Shown here: positions 28,622 to 39,043 of the stretch, piece by piece
Layout: every line of letters begins with the position of its first letter
Position numbering within the stretch: position 1 is the stretch's first letter
From: Pseudomonadota bacterium
GTDB taxonomy: Bacteria; Pseudomonadota; Alphaproteobacteria; Rhizobiales; Amorphaceae
Assembly: GCA_039034015.1 (NCBI GenBank)
Contig: JBCCBM010000007.1
Coordinates: 91,289 to 155,288 of the forward strand
Direction: 5' to 3'
Length of the DNA: 64,000 bases
The notes under the pieces: model-generated
Told to the model about the DNA's origin: nothing
Databases searched by the model: none
What the model saw: only the letters and a program-made list of their open reading frames with translations
Program-made: the position numbers and the translations under genes

Positions 28622-29392
28622 CTATTGGGGCGCCAACCAGGGGACGAGCCGATCCACGGCGCGGTCCACCGCAAAGCGCACCAAAAGGGCAAGGGCAGAA
28701 AGACAAACGAGCGCGGCAAACAAAACATCGGTCTGGAGCCGCGCGTTGGCATGCAACATTACATAGCCAAGGCCCGCCGATGCGCCAACCCATTCGCCCA
28801 CCACTGCGCCAATGGGGGCAACGGTGGCTGCCACTTTCAGCCCGGCAACAAGGCCCGGAAGGCCCGCCGGCGCCCGCACAAGCCACAAAATTTGCCGTCG
28901 TCGTGCGCCGTGGAGCCGGGCAAGGTCAATGAGTTCGGCCGGCACGCGGGACATTGCCTCCGCATAGGCCGTTGCGATGGGGAAATAGATGATGAGCGCC
29001 GCCATCACGATTTTTGACGCAATCCCATAGCCGAGCCACACCACCAGAAGCGGCGCGATGGCAAAAACCGGCAGCGATTGCGTGACAATCACAATGGGGA
29101 GCACAAAGCGCCGGACGACGGGCGCTGCGGCAACGGCAAGCGCGGTGAGGACGCCCGCCACAAGGCCGACGCCAAGGCCGAGCACGATCTCGAGCGCCGT
29201 GATCCCCGCGTTGCGCAACAGCATGGGCCAGCGCTCGACAAACGCGTTGAAGACGGCCGACGGCGGGGGGAACACGTAGGCCGGCGGGTCGACAAGGGCG
29301 GTGAGCGCCCACCACAGCCCGATGAGCGTTGCGATGATGGTGAGGGCGCGGCGCAGGGGCTTAGCCTGGGCTCCACGCGTCGATGGCCGCAT
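28622..29392 (-). CDS. ABC permease, ThiX/SsuC type
   Basis: VFPPPSAV, TQSLPVFAIAPLLVVWLGYG, IGAVVGEWVGASAGLG. Confidence 0.9.
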   Translation of the reverse strand: MRPSTRGAQAKPLRRALTIIATLIGLWWALTALVDPPAYVFPPPSAVFNAFVERWPMLLRNAGITALEIVLGLGVGLVAGVLTALAVAAAPVVRRFVLPIVIVTQSLPVFAIAPLLVVWLGYGIASKIVMAALIIYFPIATAYAEAMSRVPAELIDLARLHGARRRQILWLVRAPAGLPGLVAGLKVAATVAPIGAVVGEWVGASAGLGYVMLHANARLQTDVLFAALVCLSALALLVRFAVDRAVDRLVPWLAPQ

Positions 29393-31118
29393 TCACCGAT
29401 TGCAGGCCATCGCTGCCCTTGCGCAGCGTGAGGATCGCGCGGCGGCCAGACTCGTAAAGGATCGGGATGTCGATCCAGTCGCGCTCACGCAGGAGTTTTA
29501 GGTTGTTGTCCCGGTCCTGCGGGTTTTCCGACAGGGCGATCCAGAAGAGGCCTGATGAGACACGGGCCGCCGCACCGCGCAACGCATCCCCGCGGGACTG
29601 CTCGCTCTCTTTCATGATCACGCCCGGCACGTTCTTGACGCCGCCGCCCTCAAACCCCTCCGGAAGGTTGAACGCGATCTCGATTAGGTGGCTTGCGGGG
29701 AGCGCGCTGTCAGAGTTTTCGCGCACCGTGATGGTGGTCGTCATGTTCCGCTCAGGGATGCTGGCGGTGGCGCGGATCACGGGCTCGGGGTCGCTCCCGC
29801 CGATGGACTGGCGCACCATCGACCATTCAACGCCGCCGGAGACCGCGCCGCCGGCCCCGCCCGCGGTGGCGGCCTCTTCGTAGAGCACAGCCGTTTGGGT
29901 GCCGCTGGCGGTGAATTCTGTGATGGGCGTTGCGGGCGTGGTGGCCGGGGCCTCGACGGGCGGCGCCGTTGCGGTTTCGACCGGTGTCGTCGGGGCGGTT
30001 TCTGGCTCCACCGTGCGGGCGGGCGGCGGGGCGACGGTGGGCTCAGTGTCGGTGGGGGCGGTGGCCGGTGCGCTGAGGTCGGGGCCAACGCGGGTGGTGG
30101 CGACGGTGCGCGTGTCTTCCCCGTCAAGCGTTGCGCCAAGGCGATCCTCGTTCTTGGCGGGGCTAGAGCGGCCGGTCACCGTGATGGGCGGGCGTTGATC
30201 CTCGCCCTGGAACTCTTCCAGCACCGAAAGGAGCGCTTCCCGCTGGGTGTAGGCGGCATAGGCCGCGCCCGCCAGAAGGCCAAGGAGCACGACGGGGAGG
30301 ATGACCCGCGAAAGCCCCCCCGCGCGGCTTTGTTTTGCGCGGCGGCGGGGCGCCTCTGTCGGGCCATCCACCGCGGCGCCAACGCTAGGCTGCCGGCGCT
30401 CGCGGGTTTTGGGCGTTTTGGATTTCGACCGGCGCTCGGCGCGAAGTCGCTTTTCCTCTTCCTTTTGGGCGCGGCGCTCTTCCTTCTGGCGACGCTTTTC
30501 CTCCCGCGGGTCGACCACGGGCTCATCGTAAAGGTCGTCGTCGTCGTGGCCGTCGAGCACTTCGTCGTACTCGCCGTCCACGATGCCGTCGTCTTGGGCG
30601 GGCTCGTCCTGGTCGTAGCCGTCGTCCTCGAACATGCGGCTGTCGTCGCGCGTGTCGTAGTAGGGGTCGGCCGGCTGTTGGACGGGCACGGGGACGGGGA
30701 CCGGCGGGGCGTTGACGGGTTCAGGCTCGGCGGTGGTCGCCTCGCTGACGGCGGCGGCGAGGAGGGCCGCGTTTTGCTTGCGCGCGCGGTCTGCCTCGGC
30801 CTTGCGGCGGACAATGTCGTCCTCATCAGGCTCGGCGGGGGTGGCCGGGCGTGGGCCTGGCTTCAAGGGCGTTGCGGCGGTTTGGAGCGCGCGCTGGGTG
30901 CGGATTTGCCGCGCAATCTCGTTCTCGATTTTGCGGATCGCATCTTCGAGCGCGAGGCGCTGGGCCGTCACATCGGAGGAGGGCAGCGGCGGGTCAAAAC
31001 TTTGCAGCTGCTTGAGGAGGGCCTTGCGGGCCTTGTCATAGACAGCCCGACGGTTCGGACCTGATCCGTCCGGCAATGTTGCAACGGCACGCTGCAATAC
31101 CGAGTAAAAATCGGTCAT
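29361..31118 (-). CDS. conserved Rhizobiales bitopic membrane protein, function unknown
   Basis: Helical N-terminus DFYSVLQRAV...RRAVYDKAR, acidic then basic linker, one TM, Pro/Thr linker, C-terminal domain AVLYEE...LPASHLIE...WIDIPILY.SGRRAILT. Confidence 0.82.
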   Translation of the reverse strand: MTDFYSVLQRAVATLPDGSGPNRRAVYDKARKALLKQLQSFDPPLPSSDVTAQRLALEDAIRKIENEIARQIRTQRALQTAATPLKPGPRPATPAEPDEDDIVRRKAEADRARKQNAALLAAAVSEATTAEPEPVNAPPVPVPVPVQQPADPYYDTRDDSRMFEDDGYDQDEPAQDDGIVDGEYDEVLDGHDDDDLYDEPVVDPREEKRRQKEERRAQKEEEKRLRAERRSKSKTPKTRERRQPSVGAAVDGPTEAPRRRAKQSRAGGLSRVILPVVLLGLLAGAAYAAYTQREALLSVLEEFQGEDQRPPITVTGRSSPAKNEDRLGATLDGEDTRTVATTRVGPDLSAPATAPTDTEPTVAPPPARTVEPETAPTTPVETATAPPVEAPATTPATPITEFTASGTQTAVLYEEAATAGGAGGAVSGGVEWSMVRQSIGGSDPEPVIRATASIPERNMTTTITVRENSDSALPASHLIEIAFNLPEGFEGGGVKNVPGVIMKESEQSRGDALRGAAARVSSGLFWIALSENPQDRDNNLKLLRERDWIDIPILYESGRRAILTLRKGSDGLQSVNAAIDAWSPG

Positions 31119-31154
31119 CAGGACCTCAAGCCCTTTCGCCCAAGCCTTTTGGAA

Positions 31155-32444
31155 TTATACGCGAAACGGATCGTCAACAAGTATTGTATCGATTCGTTCC
31201 GGGCTCGTCGACAGCATGGCCACCGGTGCCCCCACCAGTTCTTCCACATGTCGGACATACTTCACAGCCTCCGCAGGCAACTCACCCCACGTGCGGGCAC
31301 CTTTTGTGGATTGCGTCCAGCCGGGCACCGTCTCATAGACCGGCTGAACACGCGATTGACGGGCCGTGTCCGCCGGAAGCCGGTCCATCCGCTCCCCGTC
31401 CACCTCGTAGGCGACGCAGATCTTCAGCGTTTCCATCCCGTCAAGCACATCAAGCTTTGTGAGCGCCAGCCCGTCGATCCCGCCGGTCGCCACCGCTTGT
31501 CGCACCATCACCGCGTCAAACCAACCGCAGCGGCGCTTTCGCCCCGTCACCGTGCCGAACTCGGCGCCGCGCCGGCCCAGGGTCTCGCCGATGTCATTGT
31601 CCTGCTCGGTGGGGAAGGGGCCGTTCCCCACCCGCGTTGTGTAGGCTTTGGTGATGCCAAGCGTGCGGTCAAGGGCCTTTGGCCCCATGCCCGACCCGGC
31701 GGCCGCCTGGCCCGCCACCGTGTTGGACGACGTCACAAACGGGAAGGTGCCGTGGTCAATATCAAGCATCGCGCCCTGCGCGGCCTCAAAGAGGATGTTG
31801 GCGCCCCGGTCCCGCGCGGCTTTCAGCGTGCGCCAGGTGGGGTCGGCATAGGCAAGGAGCGGGCGCGCGGCTTCAAGTTCGGCCACAATGGCGTCCGCAG
31901 TCACGGGTGCGGCGCCAAGCCCCACCCGCAGCGCATTGTGGTGCGCAAGCAGCCGCTCGATCCGCGCTGAAAGGCCGGCAATGTCGGAAAGGTCGATCAG
32001 GCGGAGCGCGCGGCGGCCCACTTTATCCTCGTAGGCCGGGCCGATGCCGCGGCCTGTGGTGCCGATGGCGCCTTTGCCGGAAGCGGCCTCGCGCAGCTGG
32101 TCAAGCTCCCGGTGGACGCTGAGGATGAGGGGCACCGTCTCGGCCACCTTCAGCGTTTGTGGGGAGACTTCGATCCCTTCCGCGCGGACGGCCGCAATTT
32201 CGCTCGTCAGCGCCACAGGGTCGAGCACGACGCCGTTGCCGATGATCGACACCTTGCCGGGCCGGGCAACGCCGGAGGGGAGAAGGCTCAGCTTATAGGT
32301 GTGGCCATCAATGACGAGGGTGTGGCCGGCATTGTGCCCGCCCTGGAAGCGCACGATCACCTCCGCGCGCTCCGACAGCCAGTCCACAATCTTGCCTTTG
32401 CCCTCGTCGCCCCACTGGGAGCCGACCACCACGACGCTGCCCAT
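31155..32444 (-). CDS. purA: adenylosuccinate synthetase
   Basis: [66 protein letters not shown]. Confidence 0.97.
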   Translation of the reverse strand: MGSVVVVGSQWGDEGKGKIVDWLSERAEVIVRFQGGHNAGHTLVIDGHTYKLSLLPSGVARPGKVSIIGNGVVLDPVALTSEIAAVRAEGIEVSPQTLKVAETVPLILSVHRELDQLREAASGKGAIGTTGRGIGPAYEDKVGRRALRLIDLSDIAGLSARIERLLAHHNALRVGLGAAPVTADAIVAELEAARPLLAYADPTWRTLKAARDRGANILFEAAQGAMLDIDHGTFPFVTSSNTVAGQAAAGSGMGPKALDRTLGITKAYTTRVGNGPFPTEQDNDIGETLGRRGAEFGTVTGRKRRCGWFDAVMVRQAVATGGIDGLALTKLDVLDGMETLKICVAYEVDGERMDRLPADTARQSRVQPVYETVPGWTQSTKGARTWGELPAEAVKYVRHVEELVGAPVAMLSTSPERIDTILVDDPFRV

Positions 32445-32560
32445 CGAACCTCTCGACATGAATGGCGCGCGGGTGCCACAACGCCGCCCGCGGTCAGGCG
32501 GGCTTGTGGCCCCTTTCGGATGGGGAAATCAAGCTCGCGGCGCCGCGGAAAGGAACTGCC

Positions 32561-33484
32561 ATGGGCCCGATCCTGGCGCGGCTCGACCGTGCAAGCGTCC
32601 TGTTGTCGCTAACGATGGTGTTTTGGGCAAGCAACATGTTGCTGGCGCGCGCCATATCGGGCGACGTTCCGCCGGTCGCCCTTGCCCAAATCCGCTGGAC
32701 GTTTGCAGCGGTCATCCTGTTGCCCTTCGCCGCCCGGCATCTGCGCGATGATTGGCCCGTCATCCGCCGCCATGCCAAAACGCTGCTGCTCTTGGGCTTT
32801 TTCGGCATCAGCCTTTACAACACGCTCGTTTACATCGGGCTGCAGTTCACCACCGCCATCAACGCGACCATGTTGAGCTCGACCTTCCCGATGATGATCG
32901 CACTGGTTGGCTTCATCCTTTATCGGGATCGTCTGTCCAACTGGCAGGTGGCGGGCCTTCTCATCTCTGCCATCGGCGCCGTGATCATCTTGTCCCGCGG
33001 TGACGTCTCGGTCATCACAGGGCTTGTCTTCAACCGGGGTGACCTTTGGGTGATCCTCGCGCTCGCCACCTATGCGGTTTACACGGTGATGCTGCGGGAG
33101 CGGCCAAAGATCCATCCGCTCACCTTTTTGTTTGCCACAATTGTGGTGGGGCAATTTTTGCTGATCCCCTTCACCGTTGGCGAGGCGATGCTGGGCGCCG
33201 TTTTTGTGCTCGATGGGCTCACCGTTGCGGTGGGACTTTATTTGGCGATTTTTCCCGCAATCTTGGCCTACATCTGCTTCAACCGCGGGGTGGGGCTCAT
33301 CGGGTCGAACCGGGCCGCGCCCTATTTTCACCTGGTGCCGGTGTTTGCGTCGGTGGGGGCGATTGCGCTTTTGGGGGAGCGGCTGGAGGTGTTTCACGTG
33401 GTCGGCTGGCCGCTGATCTTGTCAGGCATTGCGCTCGCGCAGATCGAGCGGCGGGAACGATCGCGCCCGTCAGAACCTCTTTAG
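32561..33484 (+). CDS. DMT/EamA-family transporter
   Basis: About 10 hydrophobic segments, two EamA repeats (YIGLQFTTAINA, ALLGERL). Confidence 0.9.
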   Translation: MGPILARLDRASVLLSLTMVFWASNMLLARAISGDVPPVALAQIRWTFAAVILLPFAARHLRDDWPVIRRHAKTLLLLGFFGISLYNTLVYIGLQFTTAINATMLSSTFPMMIALVGFILYRDRLSNWQVAGLLISAIGAVIILSRGDVSVITGLVFNRGDLWVILALATYAVYTVMLRERPKIHPLTFLFATIVVGQFLLIPFTVGEAMLGAVFVLDGLTVAVGLYLAIFPAILAYICFNRGVGLIGSNRAAPYFHLVPVFASVGAIALLGERLEVFHVVGWPLILSGIALAQIERRERSRPSEPL

Positions 33485-33565
33485 TCAGGCGCCATGCATG
33501 ACAAGCAGTGTGCGCCTCGCTAGACCGGAATGAATTTGCGGCCGATCGGCCATACGGGAGCCACC

Positions 33566-35332
33566 ATGACGACCCTGCGCCAACCCTTGTTTATTGTGGT
33601 TGCCGTTATCGCCCTTTTGGCGATTGCTGCGGCCATCACCTATGCTATCCGCGCCGGTGACCGGGCCGATGCCCTCACCGCCCTCCAGCGCGAGGCCGAC
33701 AGCGCGCAGGCCGCCCTCACGGCCGACATTGCCGAGCTGCGGGAAGCCAACGGCAACCTTGACCAGGTGAACACCGCCCTCACCGACGCGCAGGAGAGGC
33801 TCACAACCATTGAAGAGGCCGTGACGGACGCCGAGGCCCAAACCGCCACCGCCCGGGAAGAGACCGAAACGCTAACCGCGCAGGCGGCCGAAATTCAGGC
33901 CCAGATCGCAGCCCTTGAGGCGAGCCTCGAGACCGCGAGCCAAGCCGAAAGCACCGCCGTTGCCCGGGCGAGCGAGTTGGAAGAGACGGTCGCAAGCCTC
34001 CTTGCCAACCGCGACACGCTGGAATCGGCCGTGGATGAGTTGGGCGAGCGGTCGCAAACGCTGACCGCGCAGATCGACGATGCGCAGTCCGAACTCGCCA
34101 GCCGCGAAATGGCGGCCACCGAGGTGAGCGAGCGGCTTGGGGCGATCGAAGTGGAGATTGCCGCTCTGTCGTCCACCCGTGACCGGTTGGCCGCAGAGGT
34201 GGAAGGGCTTGAAACGCAGAACGAGCGCCTGACGGCCGAGGTTGCCGCAGCGGTCACCGCGCTTGAAACAAGCCAAGCGGAGGTTGCAGCGGCGGAGTCC
34301 GCACGGGCGGGGCTTGAAGAAAACCTTGCCGAACTCACCACCTCGCGCGATGCGCTGGTGGCGGCTGCCGAGGCTGCGGAAGAAGACCAGGCGACGCTGC
34401 GAGCTGAAGTGGCAGGCCTCACCGCAACGCGCGATGAGCTGGCGACCGCCGCTGAGACCGCCGCAACCCAGCGTGACACCCTGGCCGCCGAGATTGAAGC
34501 GCTCGACGCCTCCGCGGAGGAGGCGCGCGCGCAGCAGGTGGCCCTGTCCCAGGAGATCGACACCCTTCAGGCGACCGTCTCAGAGGTGCAGTTGGAGCGC
34601 GACGCGTTGAGTGATGAGGTGGCTCGCCTCGCAGCCGCCCGCGACGAGGCCGTTGCTGGACGCGACGCTGCGTCCGCCGCCCTTGCCGAGGCAAACGCTG
34701 CCCGCGATGCCGCCATCGCGGCCCGGGACGAGGCTGACAGTGCGCGCGAGGCGGCCCTTGCCGCGCGGGACGAGGCTGAGCGTGAGCGCGAGGCGGCCCT
34801 TGCCGCGCGCGACGAGGCTGAGAGCGAGCGCCAGGCGGCCCTTGCCGCGCAGGAAGAGGCTGACAGCGAGCTTGAGGCTGCCGTTGCTGCGCGGGAAGAG
34901 GCGGAGAGCGAGCGTGAGGCTGCCGTTGCAGCGCGCGACGAGGCCCGTGCGGCCGAGGCTGCCGCAAAAGCCGCGGCCGAGGAGGCGGAGGCCATTGCCG
35001 CAACCCTTGAGGCAACCGCGGAGGCGAACGCCGAAAGCGCAACCGCGCCCGAGGGCGATGCGCCAGCCGCTTTGAGCGGCGCCTTCGTCAACGATCAGGT
35101 CCGCATCGTGTTCGAGGACGCAGGCTTCACGCTGTCAATTTCAGGCGGGCCGGATGTCGCCGGCGCCTTCGTGTTGTCGGACGGGATCTTGCGCTTTAGC
35201 GACGTGAGCGGCGAGGCGGCCGCCCTCTTCCCCATGAGCTGCGCGGCGGCCATTGAAGGCGAAACGCTTGCCCTTGCCGCCCACCGCGGCTCCTGCATTC
35301 CGCTGAACGGCCTCACCCTCACCCGCGAGTGA
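33566..35332 (+). CDS. membrane-anchored very long coiled-coil protein with a small C-terminal beta domain
   Basis: GGGAG RBS, N-terminal TM, about 470 aa of A/E-rich heptads, C-terminal ~90 aa with two Cys. Confidence 0.85.
   Translation: MTTLRQPLFIVVAVIALLAIAAAITYAIRAGDRADALTALQREADSAQAALTADIAELREANGNLDQVNTALTDAQERLTTIEEAVTDAEAQTATAREETETLTAQAAEIQAQIAALEASLETASQAESTAVARASELEETVASLLANRDTLESAVDELGERSQTLTAQIDDAQSELASREMAATEVSERLGAIEVEIAALSSTRDRLAAEVEGLETQNERLTAEVAAAVTALETSQAEVAAAESARAGLEENLAELTTSRDALVAAAEAAEEDQATLRAEVAGLTATRDELATAAETAATQRDTLAAEIEALDASAEEARAQQVALSQEIDTLQATVSEVQLERDALSDEVARLAAARDEAVAGRDAASAALAEANAARDAAIAARDEADSAREAALAARDEAEREREAALAARDEAESERQAALAAQEEADSELEAAVAAREEAESEREAAVAARDEARAAEAAAKAAAEEAEAIAATLEATAEANAESATAPEGDAPAALSGAFVNDQVRIVFEDAGFTLSISGGPDVAGAFVLSDGILRFSDVSGEAAALFPMSCAAAIEGETLALAAHRGSCIPLNGLTLTRE
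34721..34945 (+). repeat. 42-nt in-frame tandem repeat, 5 full copies plus one partial
   Basis: Units start at 34721, 34763, 34805, 34847, 34889 and 34931. Consensus peptide ARDEAESEREAALA. Confidence 0.9.
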
Positions 35333-35356
35333 GGGCGCGGGCCGCGAGGCGCAGGT

Positions 35357-38284
35357 TTAGTGCGCCTCCGCCCAGGAGCGCCCGGCCCGGGCGTCCACAT
35401 CAAGCGGCACGGTGAGGTGGACGGCCGGCGCGCCGGCCCCCTCCATGACGCGGCGGATGATGGCAATCGCGGGTTCCACCGCGGCCTCCGGCGCCTCAAA
35501 CAACAATTCATCGTGCACCTGGAGGAGCATGGTGGCCTCGCACCCTTCGGTCGCCAGCGCGGGGCCCATCCGCACCATGGCGGAGCGGATGATGTCGGCC
35601 GCCGACCCCTGGATGGGCGCGTTGATGGCGGCCCGCTCATAAAACGCGCGCAGCGAGGGGTTTTTCGTGTCGATCTCCGGATAGTGCGCCTTGCGGCCAA
35701 AGAGCGTCGTCACATAACCATGCTCGTGCACGAACTTTTTCGTGCGGTCCATGTAATCACGAATGCCGGGGAAGCGCTCAAAGTAACGTTTGATGTACGC
35801 GCCGGCCTCCTCCCTCGGGATGGAGAGCTGGTTGGCAAGGCCAAACGCTGAAATCCCATAAATGATGCCAAAGTTGATGGCTTTGGCGCGCCGGCGCACC
35901 GAGGGGTCCATCCCCTCCACAGGCACGCCGAACATTTCCGACGCGGTCAGCGCGTGAATGTCCTGCCCCTCCGCAAAGGCTTGTTTGAGCTGCGGAATTT
36001 CGGCGATGTGGGCCAGCACCCGAAGCTCAATCTGCCCATAGTCGGCCGCAATCAGCCGTGTTCCCTCCGCGGCCACGAAGGCGGTGCGGATCTTGCGCCC
36101 CTCCTCGGTGCGGATGGGGATGTTTTGGACATTGGGCTCGGTGGACGAGAGCCGGCCGGTGGTGGTGGAGGCCATGGAAAACGTGGTGTGCACGCGGCCG
36201 GTGTCGGCGTTGATGTCCTCCTGCAGGGCGTCGGTGTAGGTGTTTTTGAGCTTTGTGAGCTGCCGCCATTCCAGGAGTTTGACGGGAAGCGGGTGCCCAG
36301 CGGCGGCCAAATCGTCCAAAACTTGCGCGCCGGTGGACCAGGCGCCGGTCTTGGTCTTCTTGCCCCCTGGCAGGCCAAGCTTGTCGAACAAGATCTCTGA
36401 CAGTTGCTTGGTGGAGCCGATGTTGAACCGCTCACCGGCGAGTTCATAAACCTCGTCCTCAAGGCGGGCGAGGGTTTGGGAAAAGTCGGCCGACATGCGC
36501 GACAACACGTTGCGGTCCACCACAACGCCCGCCGCCTCCATCGCCGCCAGCACCGGCACCAGAGGCCGCTCCAGCTTTTGGTAAACGGTGAGCGTTTTGG
36601 CCGCGATCGCCCGCTGTTTCAAAAGCGGATGGAGGCGGAGCGCAAGGTCGGCCTCCTCCGCGGCGTGTTTGGTGGCCGCATCCGCGGGGACGGCCGCAAA
36701 GGGGATTTTGCTTTTGCCCGTTCCCATCACATCGCGATCGTCGATGGGCGTGTGGCCAATGTACCGTTTTGAAAGGCTTTTTAGGTCGTGCTGCCCGGCG
36801 CCCGCGTCCGCTGCGTAGGACAAAAGGCCGGTGTCATCCGCCGGCGTCACCGGAAGGCCCACCCGCGAGAGCGCCAAAACGTCCCGCTTCAGCGCGCCGG
36901 AGATTTTAAGGATGGCCGGGTCGGTGAGCGGGCCTTTTAATGCCGCAAACAGCGTTTCGGGCGAGAGCCCTTCGCTGGCGGAGACGAGATCGCCGCCCCG
37001 GTGGCCCACCGGCACATAGCCCGCAACGCCGGGCGCAACAGCAAGCGCGACACCGGCAATCTCGGAGCGCATGGGCGGCCCGTCGGCCATGCGCACGGCA
37101 AGGGCGAGGGTGCCCCGGTCGGCCGCGGTGGCGAGCCACTCCGCGAGCGCCGTCTCGGTGAGGATCGTGTCGTATCCGTCGGTGTCGACAGCGGCGCCTT
37201 GGAGGGCGGCTTCCATCTCGGCGGCGAGGGTCTGCGCGGTTTTGGGCGCGCCCTCGTCCGCGGCGGGGGCAGCGGCCACGGCATCCTCGATGCGGGGCGC
37301 AAAGCGCGGATCAGGCGCGATCTTGCTGTGCTCCACATCAAAATCATCGGCAATGCGGCGGGTGAGCGTGCCAAAATCGAGCGCTTTGAAGAACGCGATC
37401 AGCGGCTTTGCGTCGACCGCGGCCATCGCAAAGTCGGCGAGCGGCACGTCAACGTCCACATGTTGATCAAGGGTGACCAGCGTTCGCGACAGGCGCGCTT
37501 GATCAGCAAATTCGATCAAGTTTTCGCGCCGCTTTTGCTGCTTGATGTTGGGCGCCTCGGCCAAAAGCGTATCAAGGTCACCGTAGTCGTGGATGAGCTG
37601 GGCGGCGGTCTTCTTGCCGATCCCGGGGACGCCGGGCACATTGTCGGTGGAATCGCCCACCAGCGCCTGAACGTCGATCACCTTGTCAGGGGTGACGCCA
37701 AAGTATTCGACCACCTCGTCAACGCCGATGCGCCGCTCGGCCCGCACGCCCTGTTTGCCGGACCCGGCGCGCCGCCCCTCGCCGGAGGCGGGGTCGTACA
37801 TGGACACGTGCGGCCCGACCAGCTGCATGAGGTCTTTGTCGGCCGAGACAATCACCACGTCCGCACCGTTCCCGGCCGCTTCCCTCGCGTAGGTGGCGAT
37901 AAGATCGTCGGCCTCAAACCCCTTTTTCTCCACCGGGATGAGGCCGAACGCCTCCACCGCCGAGCGCATGAGCGGAAATTGCGGGATCAAATCGTCCGGC
38001 GGCGCGGAGCGGTTTGCTTTATAGTCTGAATAAAGTTCGTTGCGGAACGAGTGCTCGGATTTGTCAAAGATAATCGCAAGATGTGTCGGCATCACATCCG
38101 CCGCACCGTCTTTGATAAACTGGTACATCTTGTTGCAAAAGAGGCGGACGGCGCCTGTCGGAAAATTGTCGGCCGCGCGATAGTTGTACTTTCGGTCCTG
38201 GTTCATGGACTGAAAATACGCGCGGAAAACGAACGAAGAGCCGTCCACCAAGAAGACCGTGTCGCCTTTGCCGGGCGCGCTCAT
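35357..38284 (-). CDS. polA: DNA polymerase I
   Basis: 5'-exonuclease LVDGSSFVFRAY, EADDLIAT, GDSTDNVPGV. Polymerase GRLSSTEPNVQNIP, ADYGQIELR, KAINFGIIYG, LQVHDELL. Confidence 0.98.
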   Translation of the reverse strand: MSAPGKGDTVFLVDGSSFVFRAYFQSMNQDRKYNYRAADNFPTGAVRLFCNKMYQFIKDGAADVMPTHLAIIFDKSEHSFRNELYSDYKANRSAPPDDLIPQFPLMRSAVEAFGLIPVEKKGFEADDLIATYAREAAGNGADVVIVSADKDLMQLVGPHVSMYDPASGEGRRAGSGKQGVRAERRIGVDEVVEYFGVTPDKVIDVQALVGDSTDNVPGVPGIGKKTAAQLIHDYGDLDTLLAEAPNIKQQKRRENLIEFADQARLSRTLVTLDQHVDVDVPLADFAMAAVDAKPLIAFFKALDFGTLTRRIADDFDVEHSKIAPDPRFAPRIEDAVAAAPAADEGAPKTAQTLAAEMEAALQGAAVDTDGYDTILTETALAEWLATAADRGTLALAVRMADGPPMRSEIAGVALAVAPGVAGYVPVGHRGGDLVSASEGLSPETLFAALKGPLTDPAILKISGALKRDVLALSRVGLPVTPADDTGLLSYAADAGAGQHDLKSLSKRYIGHTPIDDRDVMGTGKSKIPFAAVPADAATKHAAEEADLALRLHPLLKQRAIAAKTLTVYQKLERPLVPVLAAMEAAGVVVDRNVLSRMSADFSQTLARLEDEVYELAGERFNIGSTKQLSEILFDKLGLPGGKKTKTGAWSTGAQVLDDLAAAGHPLPVKLLEWRQLTKLKNTYTDALQEDINADTGRVHTTFSMASTTTGRLSSTEPNVQNIPIRTEEGRKIRTAFVAAEGTRLIAADYGQIELRVLAHIAEIPQLKQAFAEGQDIHALTASEMFGVPVEGMDPSVRRRAKAINFGIIYGISAFGLANQLSIPREEAGAYIKRYFERFPGIRDYMDRTKKFVHEHGYVTTLFGRKAHYPEIDTKNPSLRAFYERAAINAPIQGSAADIIRSAMVRMGPALATEGCEATMLLQVHDELLFEAPEAAVEPAIAIIRRVMEGAGAPAVHLTVPLDVDARAGRSWAEAH

Positions 38285-38907
38285 GCGTCAAACTCCTTTG
38301 CCATGAGGCTGCCGATGGCGCGGGCCCCCTCGGCCGGCTCGGCCAAAAGGCCGGTTGCGGCGCCGCGCCGGTCGGCCTCTGGCTTGTGCTGGGCCAGTTT
38401 GAAGGCGCCCTTCAGCGTGTCGACCTTCAGCCGCACGCCCACAATGGCCCGGGAGAGGCGGGGAATGTACCCCTCCGGCGCATCCTCCACCGACCAGGGG
38501 GCCGTCCGGCCGGCCTCGTTCTCGTCCGTCATTGCGGCAAGGTGAGACAGGAGCGCGGGCGCCTCCATCGCCGTCATCACCCCTTCAGCGTGGATGACCA
38601 CATAGTTCCACGTGGGGACGACCTTGCCGTCTTCGGCTTTGCTCGCATACCAGCCGGGGGAGATGTAGGCCTGTGGGCCCTGAAAGATCGCCAACGAGGC
38701 GTGGCCAAGGGCCGAACAATGGTCGTTCGCCCGGGCAAAATGGGTCTCGATGGTGAGGCCGTCCGCGGCCTCGTGCACCACCGCGGGGGCGTGGGTGGCG
38801 TGATAGGCGCCCTTTGCGTGGGTGATGAAGAGCGCAAAGCGCACCTGCCGCATGACGCCGACCAGAACGTTGCGCCGCGTTTCTGAAAATTGCGCCGGCA
38901 CGTACAT
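38281..38907 (-). CDS. FMN-binding PaiB-family protein
   Basis: [47 protein letters not shown] overlap with polA. Confidence 0.88.
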   Translation of the reverse strand: MYVPAQFSETRRNVLVGVMRQVRFALFITHAKGAYHATHAPAVVHEAADGLTIETHFARANDHCSALGHASLAIFQGPQAYISPGWYASKAEDGKVVPTWNYVVIHAEGVMTAMEAPALLSHLAAMTDENEAGRTAPWSVEDAPEGYIPRLSRAIVGVRLKVDTLKGAFKLAQHKPEADRRGAATGLLAEPAEGARAIGSLMAKEFDA

Positions 38908-39043
38908 GGCCGCCCCCGTTTGCCTCTGGCTCTGCCCGATGCATAAAGGCGCGGGCCTTTCTTCGCCAGCCGCCGGCCGCGTTAAAGGCCCCGTTCAGGT
39001 GGGCTGTGGCAGGCAGGCGGCGCAACGGTTGGAGTTTTGCCGG

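Noticed and set aside
34721-34945. 42-nt repeats as a CRISPR array
   Set aside because: They are contiguous, degenerate and in-frame coding units, with no spacers and no cas genes.
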